Source: Takakia lepidozioides
Taxonomy: Eukaryota; Plantae; Bryophyta
Length of the DNA: 64,000 bases
NCBI GenBank assembly: GCA_030704615.1
Contig: CM060733.1
Coordinates: forward strand, 19,716,001-19,780,000
Reading direction: 5' to 3'
The translations under genes and the position numbers were made by a program. A model generated the notes under the pieces. It had not been told where the DNA came from. It saw only the letters and a program-made list of their open reading frames with translations, and ran no database searches. This document shows, one piece after another, positions 11,927 through 25,439 of this stretch. Each line of letters starts with the position of its first letter. Position 1 is the stretch's first letter.

Positions 11927-14900
11927 ATGTCCAAGAGACTGAGGTATATAATTTCAAATTTAGTGCAAAAGTTGGTCACTAAGAATTTTGCGTCCTGCAG
12001 GATGGCAGGATTAAATCAGTCACAGCGGTTTGAATCAAGCACCGTTATCACCGCTGGTTTTGAAAGAGGATCAGGAGAGGGGGTCACCAATAACTCTTTT
12101 GGCATGGGTGGGGATTTGAGGGCACTATGTAAGGCTGGACAGCTGAAAGAGGCACTGCACATTGTGAACCAACAAGGCAATTCACCAGGCTCTGACACAT
12201 ACCTCTGGCTCTTGCAGGAGTGCATTAAAATTAAAGACTTAGCAGCAGGAAAGCAGGTGCACGCCCACATTATCCAATGTGGATTCAAGCCAAACATCTA
12301 TCTGCTCAAGACCCTCGTCAACATGTATGCCAAGTGCGGCAGCATGGTGGATGCACGGCAAGTGTTTGACAGTATGCGTCGACGAGATATGTTTACATGG
12401 ACTATCATGATGGCAGGATATGCGAAGCATGGGCATCCAGAGGAGGCTTTCCAAATCTATGAGCAAATGCAGTGGGAAGGGGTGATGCCTGATAAAGTCA
12501 CATTCACTTGTGTTCTGAATGTCTGTGCCAGACTAGGAGTTCTGGAAAAGGGCAAGGAGGTCCATGCTGACATCATGCAAGCTGGAATTGTGGCAGATAT
12601 CATTTTGGAGAATACCTTTGTGGACATGTATGCCAAATGTGGGAGCATGAAGGATGCTCGTCAAGTGTTCAACCACATGGCCGAAAGGGATGTGATCTCT
12701 TGGAACACCATGATCACAGGATATGCTCAGCATGGGTGTGGTAGGGAGGCTTTTGAAATGTATGAACAAATGATACGGAAAGGGCTGCCACCTGACAAGG
12801 TAACATTCATTGGCATTCTCAATGCGTGCACCAGCCTTGGAGACCTGCAAAAGGGTAAAGAGGTCCATGCAGACCTCAGCAAAGGTGGTCTTATGCCAGA
12901 TATTATTCTGGAGACAGCCCTTACTGACATGTATGCCAAATGTGGAAGCATTCAAGATGCTCGGCAGGTATTCAACCACATGGCCAGACGAAATGTGGTC
13001 TCTTGGAATGCCATGATCGCAGGATATGCTCAGCATGGAGGCAGCATTGAGGCTTTGGAGATGTATGAGCAAATGAGATGGGAAGGGGTGAAATGCGACA
13101 AAGTCACATTCATTTGTGTTCTCAATGCATGTGCCAATTTAGCAGCCCTTGCAAAAGGTAAAGAGGTCCATGCTGACATCATCGAAGCTGGAATTGCACC
13201 AGATATCATTCTGGAAACTGCCCTTGCTGACATGTATGCCAAATGCGGGAGCATAAATGATGCACGCCATGTATTTGACAGTATGGCTAAACAAAGTGTG
13301 GTCTCATGGAATGCCATGATTACAGGCTATGCTCAGAATGAGTGTGGTAGGGAGGCTTTTGAAATGTATGAACAAATGAGACAGGATGGGCTGACTCCTA
13401 ACAGGGTGACATTTATCTGCATTCTCAATGCTTGTGCCAGCCTGGGAGCAGTGGACATGGGCGAAAAGGTCCATGCTGACATAATCACAAGTGGAATTGT
13501 GCCAGATATCATTCTCGAGAATACACTTGTTGACATGTATGCCAAATGTGGTTACTTATCAGGTGCACGTCAAATTTTTGACAATATGGGTAAACGTGAC
13601 ATTGTCACATGGAATGCAATGATCACAGGATATGTTCAACATGGGTGTGGTGTAGAGGCTTTCAAGTTGTATGATCAAATGATACAGAAAGGGGTGCTGG
13701 CCGACAGGGTCACATTTATTTGCATTCTCAATGCTTGTGCCAACCACGGAGCCCTGGAAAAGGGCAAAGAGGTCCATGCTCAGATCATCAAAGCTGGAAT
13801 TGGATCATACATACAGTTGGAGAATACTCTTGTCGACATGTATGGCAAATGCGGGAGCATAAAAGATGCACGTCAAGTGTTCGACAACATGGCTGAACGG
13901 AATGTGGTCTCATGGAGTGCGATGATCGCAGGTTACACTGAGCTTGGACGTGGTACAGAGGCTTTGGAGATGTATGAACAAATGATACGGGAAGAGGTGG
14001 CACCCAGTAAGGTCACCTTCATCTGTGTTTTAAATGCATGTGCCAGCCTGGCAGCCCTGGAAAAGGGAAAAAAGGTCCATGCTGATATCATCAAAACAGG
14101 AATAACATCATATATTAATCTGGAGAATACCCTTCTTAACATGTATGCCAAATGTGGCAGTCTACAAGATGCACGTGAAGTGTTTGACAGAATGGTGGAA
14201 CGAGATGTGGTCTCATGGAATTCGATGATCACAGGATACGGACAGCATGGGTACAGTAGGGAGGCTGTGCACCTGTTTCAACAAATGCACCAGGGAGGCT
14301 TGAAGCCAGACGGTATTACCTTTATATCTCTTCTCTGTGCTTGTAGTCATGCGGGCCTAGTGGATGAAGGTTGTCACTACTTCGATTCCATGATTCAAGA
14401 TCATGGCCTCACTCCTAAAGTGGAGCACTTTGGCTGCATGGTGGACCTTCTTGGCCGTGGAGGAAAACTGAAGGAGGCAGAGGATTTAATCAGTAAAATG
14501 CGCATTGAACCAGATGCTTCGGTGTGGGGGGCCTTGCTAGGTGCCTGCAGAATTCATGGCAATGTGGAGCTGGCAGAACGTGCAGCAACATGCCTTCTTA
14601 AGCGCGATCCACAACACGCTGCAACTTACGTCCTGCTATCAAATGTCTATGCTGCAGCTGGCAGGTGGGATGATACAGCAAAGGTTAGAAAAATGATGCA
14701 GGATAGTGGTGTGAGAAAGGAGCCAGGGTGTAGCTGCATTGAGGTGGCCAACCGGGTACATACATTTGTTGTAGGAGACAAATTGCACCCACAAATTGAC
14801 GAAATCCATGCGGAGCTCAAGAGATTGGCTTGGGAGATGAAGGAGGCTGGATACATGCCTGACACACGATTTGTTTTGCATGATGTGGATGAGGAGCACA

Positions 14901-15130
14901 AGGAGATTTCTCTTTACCACCACAGTGAGAAGCTGGCCATTGCTTTTGGGCTCATTAGCACACCCACTGGGATGCCCATCTGCATCATCAAGAACCTTCG
15001 GGTATGTGGTGATTGTCATACCGCAACCAAGTTCATCTCAAAGATTGTTGGACGAGCAATTATTGTACGGGATGCTAATCGCTTTCACCACTTCCAAGGT
15101 GGGTTTTGCTCTTGTGGGGACTACTGGTAG
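11927..15130 (+). CDS. PLS-class pentatricopeptide repeat protein with E and DYW deaminase domains (organellar C-to-U RNA editing factor)
   Basis: 1067-aa uninterrupted ORF with seven 101-aa (303-bp) PLS triplets, PG box KEPGCSCIEV, HSEKLA and CGDCH zinc ligands, and terminal CSCGDYW. The true start may be ATG 12002, after the acceptor CTGCAG at 12000. Confidence 0.97.
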   Translation: MSKRLRYIISNLVQKLVTKNFASCRMAGLNQSQRFESSTVITAGFERGSGEGVTNNSFGMGGDLRALCKAGQLKEALHIVNQQGNSPGSDTYLWLLQECIKIKDLAAGKQVHAHIIQCGFKPNIYLLKTLVNMYAKCGSMVDARQVFDSMRRRDMFTWTIMMAGYAKHGHPEEAFQIYEQMQWEGVMPDKVTFTCVLNVCARLGVLEKGKEVHADIMQAGIVADIILENTFVDMYAKCGSMKDARQVFNHMAERDVISWNTMITGYAQHGCGREAFEMYEQMIRKGLPPDKVTFIGILNACTSLGDLQKGKEVHADLSKGGLMPDIILETALTDMYAKCGSIQDARQVFNHMARRNVVSWNAMIAGYAQHGGSIEALEMYEQMRWEGVKCDKVTFICVLNACANLAALAKGKEVHADIIEAGIAPDIILETALADMYAKCGSINDARHVFDSMAKQSVVSWNAMITGYAQNECGREAFEMYEQMRQDGLTPNRVTFICILNACASLGAVDMGEKVHADIITSGIVPDIILENTLVDMYAKCGYLSGARQIFDNMGKRDIVTWNAMITGYVQHGCGVEAFKLYDQMIQKGVLADRVTFICILNACANHGALEKGKEVHAQIIKAGIGSYIQLENTLVDMYGKCGSIKDARQVFDNMAERNVVSWSAMIAGYTELGRGTEALEMYEQMIREEVAPSKVTFICVLNACASLAALEKGKKVHADIIKTGITSYINLENTLLNMYAKCGSLQDAREVFDRMVERDVVSWNSMITGYGQHGYSREAVHLFQQMHQGGLKPDGITFISLLCACSHAGLVDEGCHYFDSMIQDHGLTPKVEHFGCMVDLLGRGGKLKEAEDLISKMRIEPDASVWGALLGACRIHGNVELAERAATCLLKRDPQHAATYVLLSNVYAAAGRWDDTAKVRKMMQDSGVRKEPGCSCIEVANRVHTFVVGDKLHPQIDEIHAELKRLAWEMKEAGYMPDTRFVLHDVDEEHKEISLYHHSEKLAIAFGLISTPTGMPICIIKNLRVCGDCHTATKFISKIVGRAIIVRDANRFHHFQGGFCSCGDYW

Positions 15131-18098
15131 AACAAGCAACGTGCAAGAGAACATGTGGGCAGACAAACAGTAAACTCCATATCAGAGGAGTTGCCAAGAG
15201 GGAGTGCTTGGCATGAAATTGTTACAGGATACAAAGGTTGCCAAGAAATTGCTCAACTACGGCATCCTTAAAACATTGTCTCGGGAACTTGCAAAATGTG
15301 TATTCTTCTGACTCGCTTGTGAAGCTCCAACTCCAGCTCAAGCTCAAGCTCTTGTGAACACCCAGTCTTCTTGAAGAGCTGGAGATTCATTCCTTGGATT
15401 TTAATTGTGGTGAGGTCCAAACTTTCCACTCATAATTCAATTGAAGAATAGTATTTGCTTATGTTTGACTGATTCACACTTGTAGTTCTGTGTATGTGTC
15501 TAATAGTGCCTTCCATTTTGGTTATGTGTTCTGGTGAGATAAACCCCCGTTTGTTTGGTGTGGGATTTTAGGCGGATGATATCAGGAATTTGGTTCACAA
15601 CGATGCTTGTGAGACTTTCAAGCGGTGTGAAGATGTGGATGCTAACCCAGACGAGCTTGCATCCTAGGTCATGCTAGATCATGCAAGATCACACTACAAT
15701 GGAGAAGATCTGAAATTTGCCATTGCCATTCAAACTTCATCCACCTTCGGAACAAGGTTTGTTCAACTGAGGACATGTAGTTTCATGTTCTTCACATTTT
15801 CAACTCTGAACCTCAACTGTGAACTTTCAGGGGTCTGAAAGTTGAAAGTTGTAAGTTGAACACAACCTAGTAGATGTATATCTACATATATCCTGAAGTG
15901 CGAGTCAAAACTCCAGTGGAGGCTTGATACTAATGTGCAAATGATTCTTCAAACTTGGGTGTAGGGAGCAGAGACTAATAGAACTATCTAGTAATTGGTT
16001 CCCTCCAAAATTTCCGTCATGTAACTCGAGCTCAACTAGAGCTCTTTATGTTTTATCAAATAAAATAAATGACGAGAGCCACCAAGGTAGGGGTTTAACA
16101 CCCTCAACCTATTCTCAGACTTTCAATAGGTGAGCCATCAGGGTTGCTTGGTTGAACCCTGGGACAGAATGAGCTGCTATTTTTGGTAAGCAAAACTGAC
16201 GATGTGGGATCAGGTTTCAATGCCAAACTGCACTCTCACCAAGATCCCACAGAGGGTGTTGGTTAAATAAGGCAGCAGGGCGGTGGTCATGGAAGCTGAG
16301 ACTTGCAGACCTCTATCCCATCCACATGATTGGAGTCAGCAAAGAGAGGTGGGATATGACCCCATCATATATTGGATTCTCACTCCGTTCCATTTGTCCA
16401 ACATAATAAGTCAATTTTCAAGACCCATCAAAAGCTTGCACGATTGACTCGAGCCCTTCTCATACACTATTTCCTATTCTGTGGTGCATTTCTAACTGGT
16501 GCCAGGAACATGAATGTTCGGCAAGGAACTCCGTACTAATAGTGTCAAGCAATTGGTATGTAACATAAAACTTCCCATACACCAGTTGTAAAAGTCATCC
16601 AATTCAGCCACAATTTATTACTGCTCTGATGATGTCCGCTGCATCGTCAGTCATCCTTCCATTCACAACATCAGTAACCAGTTGTACCACGCCAAAATCA
16701 AGACATCCGACCTACAAAAACCAGTCCTATACAACATCAACTCACCCTCAGCAAAGCTATATTTGAAGCTCTGGGTTGCTATTCACAGTATCTGTGAATC
16801 AAGCTCATTGCCAAAAAGCTGCAGGGTCGTACTAGATATACACACTCAGCACTAAGACATCCTTCACTGTGTCAGAAATCTGCAGACATGAGATTGGGCA
16901 CTGCTTCCAACGGATGCTACCTTTAAAAGGTCATTGCAAATACAAAACATTTGACTAACAATGACACGGACGGAAAAAGGACATAGCCCCAGCTGTGGGA
17001 ACAGAGTGCAGTGCATCAAGTGCAAAACCATCCTCTGCACTGCACACCCGACCTCTGAACCTCTCTCTCTCTCCTGCTCTCTCACACACACATGGTCCCT
17101 GCACCTCTGCTCACCAAATTTCAAGATCTCGAGGCTGAGCCTAAGGCGTTGGCCCTTAATTGCTGGGCAGCTCACACACAGCAGATTGATGCTTGTGTGA
17201 AAAGGTTTCTGAAGGAAATACGGACAGCCCTTACTGCCTCCCCTAGACATAATACAATCTCTCCTCTCTTCTCTACCCATGTATGTTAATCTCTCCATCC
17301 CTCCAACCCTCTCCAGGAGCTAAGTAGTCATGGTCCAGTGGTGCAAATCGAACTCAGAGTACTACTTATACCCCAAATTAACTTGTAACTGAAGCCCATG
17401 CTCGTCCTCGCAGTGGCTTCCGGGCATTTCCGGATCATATCCATATTTTAGGTGATACACCTGGGATACCTTGTTCCCATGCCCATCCAACCCTAGTGGT
17501 GCACATGACTGCAAGAGATTACACTTAAAGCTAAAACAAATTCCGGGCATCCAAAACTAGCAGTGGTGGGGTTGTGAGATACTTACCTTGAATGAACAAG
17601 GTCATAACAAAATAATCGTAAACATAATATTTGAAGTGACAAACAGGAAACTTCCACTCCCTTAAACTTTTTGTCACCAACCAACATGATACGACACCCA
17701 GCAACAAGAACCACCCTGAGATAGAGTTTTACAGCATTACAGCACCAATGATGAGGATTCACCTTTCCATACTACCTTTCCAGTGCCTGGTGAGCTGACA
17801 CCGCATTTTCCAGCAGCCAGTGGAATTATTACAGTTGCATCTTGCTGAAGTGGCACCAAATCCCTCCGGTGGGCATGTTTCAAGTAATGACAAACAGAAC
17901 ATCTTCATGTGACCAAGGCAAATGCAAAAGGGAACTCTGGACCTCTCGCCATGAAAGATGCAAATCCTCCATACAACCAAGACAAACAGACAAACCTCCA
18001 ATGCTAAAGCCATGTAAACAGATGCTCACTTTAACTTCTGTAGCCAACAGGAGCTCCTTGGGCTGGTGGCCCAAATGAATTCAGCGTAGTCTGCCCTC

Positions 18099-20638
18099 CT
18101 ACAAGAGGTCCAGGCTGACTGTACCCACAATTATTTGTGGCTGGCGGACCAGACGTTGGTCCCCTAGAAGACTGCTGCTGCTGATTGTAGTTGGCATTTG
18201 GGCCAGGCGGGCCATTTGGGTGCTGGGGTGCATACCCCCCTGTGGCTCCACTGCTTTTGGGGGGGGTCTGTATGTGTAATTTGTGCCACTTGCAGGTGCT
18301 CGTTGCTGCTGATAAGCACCTGGGGTGGCACTGGAGAGAGGTCCATTGGAAGCAGGCGATGAGGCAGAAGACAATCCAGGGGCACCTGGTGGTGTCAACA
18401 TTATTGGCGCCCTAGCTAGACCATTGGGCTGCTGTGCTGCACCAGAGCTGGTGGGAACTTGTGCAACGGGTGGTCTGTAGGATGGAGGCATATTGGACAT
18501 GGGGTTATACCCACCTGTTCACAGATCAACCCCTCAAGAATCAGCTTCTGCTAATTTAGGAATTTAGGACACACAGACAAGTCTAGAAAGTTAGGATGCA
18601 GACTGCACACCCCAGAGAAATCAAACAGCAAGGTCCTCCAAGATGGAGAACAACCATGCCCTTGGGTAGACACTCAACCCAAAAGCAGTACAACCTATAT
18701 CCCGGAAAGTCTGCAAATCTCAGTGGTTCTGGACTTTTCTTCTGATCGGCGTATATGGAAGATCTTCAGTCAATGAGGGAATGGTGTGCATGGCACTAAT
18801 TTTCCTCCTAACTATGCATCCACAGTGATTGCCAACTTAGTTAACCAGTAAAGGTAAAAGTAGCACAAAATCATTATGATACTGCATTAAAAACATCTAC
18901 CTGAAGTAGGTCGAGATGGTGGGGGAAGGACAGGGGGCCGAACAGTTGGTAACAGGGGTGGTGCAGAGCCCGGAACAGGGAGGCTGGAAGGCAGCAATCC
19001 AGATCCTGGCATGGGCTTGTATTGGCCTGAGTGCAATGCTGCCAGATGTTGGTGGAATGCACCACCTACTTGCTGCTGTCTGCCCCATGCTCCTTCACCT
19101 TCTGGTCAATCAAACTCTGTGTCTGTTGCTCCTCAAGATGCTGGTAGTAGGACCGCACATTTGCCTGGCCAAGCAGCAAAATATGCATGTTTATATTGTG
19201 AAGGGACTCATCTTATCTCTACAAAATTTTCCAATTTCAGTGAGCACTTGTCAATATGGTGAGTCACTGTGTTGAAACTAGCTTTCTGGTTTTAGTTTGT
19301 CCATAAAACATACCCTTCTGCACCAAACAAGCAAGATGGACACATCAAGCCCCCCAATCATTTGCTCAAATCTGTCAAACCCATTGTTAAATATGCACAA
19401 ATATGGTAAAAAGCATCTGCCTGGTTCAGAAGATTCCTCAAGGTACAAAATCACAAAGCTGTGACACAGTATGTTTTGTATGCATGCTTCGATTGACAAA
19501 CAGGTAGGACAGTGTGCTCACATACCTTGTGCTTGTATCCTGCATTGTGCTGTTTCCACACAGACGGCTGCACCCAAACAAAACAGCACAACTTAGAACT
19601 CATCTTCAGAGATCTTTGAGGAAAGCTCTGACTTACAAAGTAAGAACCATTTCCAAAGAGCATTGCTAGACCAAACCATCATGTCTATATAAAAATCAAT
19701 TTGACATTAGGTGCCGATCAACACCTTGACAACACACTAACTGTAGTATGACTGCTTCCGTCAACTACATTTTTCAGTCCCAACCCCAAGTCAAGACTAA
19801 TTCTTGAGGATCAACTTAGGTAGGGACCCATGGCTCTTCTACAACCCAATATTGACCTGTGAAAGCAGCTAACCCATTTCCAATTGGCGACATCCAATAT
19901 GGTTATTCATCATGCCCTCTAACCAAACATCAACTTCTTACTTACCGAGTCATGAGTCAAGTATGTGTCGCAGTAGTCACACCCCTGCAACACACCCATG
20001 AGGCAAACAAGTCACTTAAAAGGCTTAATACAGCTTCCACAGCACAGGGTCATTATAAACACTTCCACTAAAAAACAATCGAATCATTGCTAGCGCAATA
20101 GCTGGGCGTAATGCATGTAGGCACATATACAGCAATGGCCTCAGCAAGAAAATGAATGCGATAAGATCACTGTGTCAGCTTATAGCTTGATCGGCACAAG
20201 ATCAAAACTGCTAAAAAGACCCTTGTACGACTGTTCACCAGACAAACGCAACGCCAACCCCGCCAACCCACCCGCTTATCAAAATTCCCTACTTAAAACA
20301 CATTCGACGAAACATATCCTAATTTTCAACCGCTCATATCGTAGCCGCTGGAAGCATACACGGAGTAATTCTAGCTCGTGCCCTCCAATATGGACTGCAG
20401 GGACATCCAATGCTGCGAGGTACGTCTATAGTAACTGAGAGCTCCTATCGACAGCAGGAACCAGCAGAAAGAAATGACGTTTGTCTAAACTCAGTTCAAG
20501 GCCCCAACTGCAAAGACCACCAACACATATGACATCCGAATCCTTCTCCATAGAATTCTTACGCTCTAGAATGAAGCTGACAGAGCTCTAAAAGACTGTT
20601 AAAAAATAGAGTGAACATCCGACGACAAACCTAGGCAT
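18099..20638 (-). pseudogene. SNRPC: U1 snRNP protein C (U1-C) homologue with frameshifts
   Basis: Exons: MPR (20638-20631), CDYCDTYLTHDS (19984-19946), PSVWKQHNAGYKHK (~19568-19527), ANVRSYYQHLEEQQTQSLIDQKVKEH (from 19164), and a Pro-rich tail to ~18100. Exon 2 is 4 nt short (YY lost), a conserved R is replaced by W, and a second frameshift follows KEH. Confidence 0.88.
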
Positions 20639-21060
20639 GATGAGTGTAACGGCGCAGCCAGAAAAGCCTCCGAGTGATATCTTCAAACTGGGTTTCAAGT
20701 TTGGGCTTGGGCACTCGGGATCTTGTTGTAAGCAATGGCTGACGTGAGAAATCCGCAGAGATTCTTGACGTAAGAGATGCTCAGCAACCCAGGCTGGTAT
20801 TGGGGACGAAGATCTCTATCCATCCACCACTACCCATCTAACGTAGGCGTCGTTTCAGTAATCATGCACTGAAGTTCATCCTTTTGTGCGCTGGGCAACC
20901 TACGTTCCTTCTTTCTTTCCTTTTCTCTCTTCCTCTGATGACTGTGGAGAAAATCCGGCCTTTGGGCAGGTGCATGTGCAGCAAATTGTCGGAGTATTAA
21001 AGCTCGGTGTTCTCAAGGACCGACATGCCCTGATAGAAGTGAATTTCCTGTAGCCTGAGA

Positions 21061-21545
21061 ATGGCGCTAAGTATACCTGTGTGTGGGCGCACAAGCTCCC
21101 TTGCATCGCTGCAGATATGCACCCACTATGCTGTGTCTCATTTCTACCATTCCCGCCTCTGCGTCCCTTACCTTTCTCTTTTCTCTACCACCACCAACGG
21201 AGCACTTAATGCGAGCATATCCAGCGACCTCGTCCGCATCCCCAGAAAGCCGTATGAGGGCAACCTCTCTCTCATCAAGCTGAGCGAACAGGTGGATAGA
21301 GCAGACAGGAAGAGGGAGAGGTTGAAGTGCAAAGTGCTCACCAAGGCTGACCCAGTTGACACTCGATCGTTTCCTTTTGCAGAGAAGAGATTCACTGGTC
21401 TCAACCTTCCAGGGAAACTGCTACAGAGACTGAAGGAGGAGAACTTGGAAGTCCCTACTGATGTTCAGGTTAGTGCTATCAGGACCCGTTGTTAGTTTTT
21501 TTGGGGGCCTGTGTCTGTGTAACAACATTTCGAATACTCTCTCTC

Positions 21546-21593
<48 letters not shown>

Positions 21594-23524
21594 CAAGAAG
21601 TTCTTTTGGGCCTTTCTGTCTTGCTCTGATATGAATGGGAGCAGGGTTTATGGCTACGGGATACGAGAAGTACGGACTGACTTCTGTACTCTTCCCTTTC
21701 CCTCTCTTATGCACTCCCGTGTTGGAGATTCTTTATGTCGGCGGGCAATGCCTGTTCAGATATTGTGCGTGTGAGGGCTATTCAGCTTAGGAAGTGGGAA
21801 CATCCCTTCATTGTGTTTTTGATCTCCTTAAAGGTTACTTGGGTCACAGGTGGCAGCAATTCCCACTTTATTGGATGGCCATGATGCTGCCCTGCAATCA
21901 TACACAGGATCTGGCAAAACCCTAGCATACCTTCTTCCTATTCTCTCAAGAATCGGGCCTCTCCGGCAGCTGCAAGATGGGGAGAAAGCACCCACTCCAG
22001 AAACCACAAACAAGGGGGGTGTAGAAGCTCTCATAGTAGTGCCTTCAAGAGAGCTTGCAATGCAGATAGTGAGAGAGGCTGAACGGATCTTGGGGCCTGC
22101 GTACAAGAAGGTTGTTCAGCAATTGATAGGTGGGGCCAACCAGAATCGGCAAGAAGATGCACTCAAGAGAAACAAGCCTCTCATTGTTGTGGGTACACCA
22201 GGAAGAATCTCAGAAATTAGTAGGGCTGGCAAGTTGCATACTCATGGCTGCCGGTTTTTGGTGCTGGATGAGGCTGACCAGCTGTTGTCGACAGAATTCC
22301 GTGTAGATATGCGCCGGATATTGGAGCATGTTGGGCAGCGTCGAACTGCAGGGGAAGAGAACAAGGAACACACTGATTTAGGGCAAGACTCACACCCCTC
22401 AGTATCATCAACACCTCCCCCTTCAACATCATCACCAGCTAATGAATGCTCATCAAAACCACCATCTTCTTCTGCAAGAGGGAGGAGACTTGAACGTCAA
22501 ACAGTTCTAGTCTCAGCAACAATGCCCCCAGGAGTCTTACGAGCAGCCGCTGTTTGGGGCCATCGTCCTCTTTTAATCCGAGCCACATCCATAATTGAGG
22601 TTGAGAAAGTAGGTCACACTCTCCCTTCTTCCCAATCAGAGGCAGGCAAAGAAGACACCCCAGTGTCTGTGGATTTGCAGGGAGCAAAAGAGAGCATGCC
22701 ACCAAATTTAGAGCATTCTTATGTAGTTGCACCTTTGCGGCACCATGTGGATATCTTGAGGAAATGCATTCATGCATTAGATGCTCAATCAGTTACAGTG
22801 TTCATGAACCATTCACGCCGCCTGAAGGACACAGAATTCAAGCTGCAGGCCAGAGGCATTTCTGCAGGTAACGTGACCTGTCTCAAGTACCAATGGGATA
22901 ATTTTGCCAGCTATTGACTTTGTTTACATGTACTCTATGCCATCTGTTGTGCAATGAGGGACTGTAATGTGAGTTAGAAATTTAGTTTCTCTCGTGGCGC
23001 AGCAAGCTCTGTATAGACTAGCTAGCATCTGGTTCAGACTAACACATACAAAACCACTTTAGTTATCCATCTGAGAGCTTAATCTGTATCATAACCATTC
23101 AATCCGAGGGTTTTTTCTAATTCATGGTTGATTCATCCTTGCGGCAACAATTTTGTGACTTTTTAAAATCACCGTGGCAGGTACTCTTCATGGTGAGTTG
23201 AACAAAATGGAGAGAGCCAACGTACTGACATCATTCAGGAACGGGAAGCTGCGTGTCTTGCTGGTGAGTGAGGTGGGCGCTCGAGGCTTGGATATTCCAA
23301 ACTGTGACCTTGTGGTCAATCTAGAATTACCAACAGATGGATCCCACTATGCACATAGGGGTGGTCGCACTGGCAGGCTGGGTCGTAAGGGTACAGTGGT
23401 GTCAGTATGTGAAGCGCCTGAAGAGTTCGTCATGAAAAAATTTGCGAGGCAGCTTGGAATTTCAATCACACCAAGGGAGCTCTTTGAAGGTAAGCTGCAG
23501 CCTTACCAACAACACTTGAGCTAA
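21061..23524 (+). CDS. RH47: DEAD-box RNA helicase 47 / ISE1 orthologue (organellar), 3 exons: 21061-21468, 21850-22867, 23181-23524
   Basis: QSYTGSGKTLAYLLP, VPSRELAMQI, GGANQNRQEDALKRNKPLIVVGTPGRISEISRAGKLHTHGCRFLVLDEAD, SAT and HRGGRTGR motifs. GT-AG introns keep the frame. Confidence 0.93.
21537..21592. repeat. (CT)n(CA)n compound microsatellite in RH47 intron 1
   Basis: Directly visible. Confidence 0.95.
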
Positions 23525-25439
23525 TATCCAATGAATGTTGTTTCAACTCCTTTGCCAGCTTGAGCTATCTACCACATTAACTTCAATCAAAACTGCCAAG
23601 GCCACATGCCATCTGCAAGTAAACAACAAATCATCACTAATAACCAAAGAAGGTGGATGGACAGTAGCTTACACCTTCCTGACGGTTGTTGGCTGGCATT
23701 GGATCGTCCTTTGCATTATGACACACTAGATAAGTCAGAGAGACACTACAGCAAAGCTCAATCTTATCCTTGCCTGTTTGATGGCTATACCACATCATAT
23801 CCCAATTGAGGGCAAGTTTTTGGAACCATCTCACTGCTTCACATAGTTTTTTCTACTTGCTTTTTTCATGCTTGTAATTTCCTCAGTGCCAGGATGCTCA
23901 GCTATTATAACCTAATGGACAATGATATATGGGATATTATAGGGCAAGATAATGGATTGGGAGATGTAAAGCTTGATTCTGCACCACCGGGTTTATTCCA
24001 CTCCTCTGCACTATGTGCTTGTAAAGGGGATGTTAGCTTGGTAAAGCGTGCCTGCTAGGAAGGAGGGATCTACACGATGAGGAGCCTAGGTATTTCACTG
24101 CATCACACATTCATCCAGCGCCGGCACTCACTCGCACACAATCTTAAGCACACTGAAAGTCCCTTAGGCTTCCCTAAAATAAAGCCAAGAGGCTAATCTT
24201 ATCAGACAGAGTGGCCACTTGTGATTGGTCAAGTGGATTACGTCTAGGTACTCAACCAGATAGGACACCACGTCATTGCTTCAGGATAAGCTAGCTGTTT
24301 AGTATAAGACAGCTTAGTCTAATAATAGATCTGCCAGCTGTCTTCATCCTTGCTTTCCTAACGGCCATCCATCCATTGATATCATCCAACTACATTCATC
24401 CTAAGGAGAATATGTAGGAAGACAGAATCTGGCCATCACAGAGACACCATAATTTAAGCATGATGGTTCTCTCTTGTCATAGATCTCTGGTGTGCATGCT
24501 TCATGGCCACCCGCATGCCAGGGACCTGGGAGAGAACCAAGACCAGGGTATAAAATGGATGTGACATTTGTAAGCAAGATTGTTTGAAAGGTGCGAACTG
24601 ATCTTTGCTACATCCTCATTGACCACCCGAGTCCCTACCGCATGCTTGTGAATATATGCTGCCTTTGCATGAACTACAATGGTGAGTTGATGGTTTAAAG
24701 TGCATCGTCACTGTTCAAAGCTCTACAGTGTCCTGATTCTCACCTTCATCCACGATTTTTGGCGCACTTTGACTGCTTCTTTAGTGGCACTTGGGTCCTC
24801 AAACACACCAAATTATGAACCCATGCATAATTAACACAATGGTACAATTACGTTGGATCCAGAGTGAGAAAGACTTGAATTTATGAAGCCGGAAAGGTCT
24901 TGCTCCATCATACTCTCAATAATCTATCACTCTCCCTCGAGACTTGCTCCATCATACTCTCAATAATCTATCACTCTCCCTCGAATGGAACGTAGCCATC
25001 CCACCAAGCTGGCAGCTCGCACAGGGCTAGGTTCTCCCCTATCGAGATTTTAGGGTGATGAACCTCAAGTCAACTGGAGACATCGTAGGAGTTTTCATAT
25101 AGGCCAGGAACAGCACACATCTGCACACCTGCATTCCAGGAAGGTGCCAAGATTCCAAAACTGGTTCTGTTATACCGACAGACTTTCTTTTTCCGTGCAG
25201 CGAGGACCAGATCAAATAATCTTCCGCTCATTCGCACTTGCAGATTTCCGTTATAGGTACCATATCTGGGACGGTTTGCATACGTACAGACAAAACTTGA
25301 GGTGAACTAACTTTGCAGATTTGAATGGACTAAACTCAGTGTTGTGTACGGTAAATTATCTTTCGAGGCATTGTTGCGTTCTCTCTCGCATTCCCATTTC
25401 CGTCAATGCCTTTTCCACCAAAGTGATGCGAGGGGATTT

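Noticed and set aside
12016-15019. Many antisense and alternative-frame ORFs over the PPR, RH47 and MPS1 genes
   Set aside because: They are shadow ORFs of real coding sequence with no independent domain evidence.
14700-15130. DYW:KP-type (U-to-C) editing factor
   Set aside because: The PG box, HSEKLA and terminal DYW are of the canonical C-to-U type.
16864-17560. Short ORFs between the PPR-DYW gene and U1-C
   Set aside because: No motifs or consistent splice structure.
24020-24395. Possible solo LTR (TGTAA/TGTTA...CTACA)
   Set aside because: No TSD, PBS or PPT, and no second copy in the window.
24899-24983. 44-bp tandem duplication (and a 39-bp one at ~32022-32079)
   Set aside because: Ordinary short slippage or repair duplications with no further structure.
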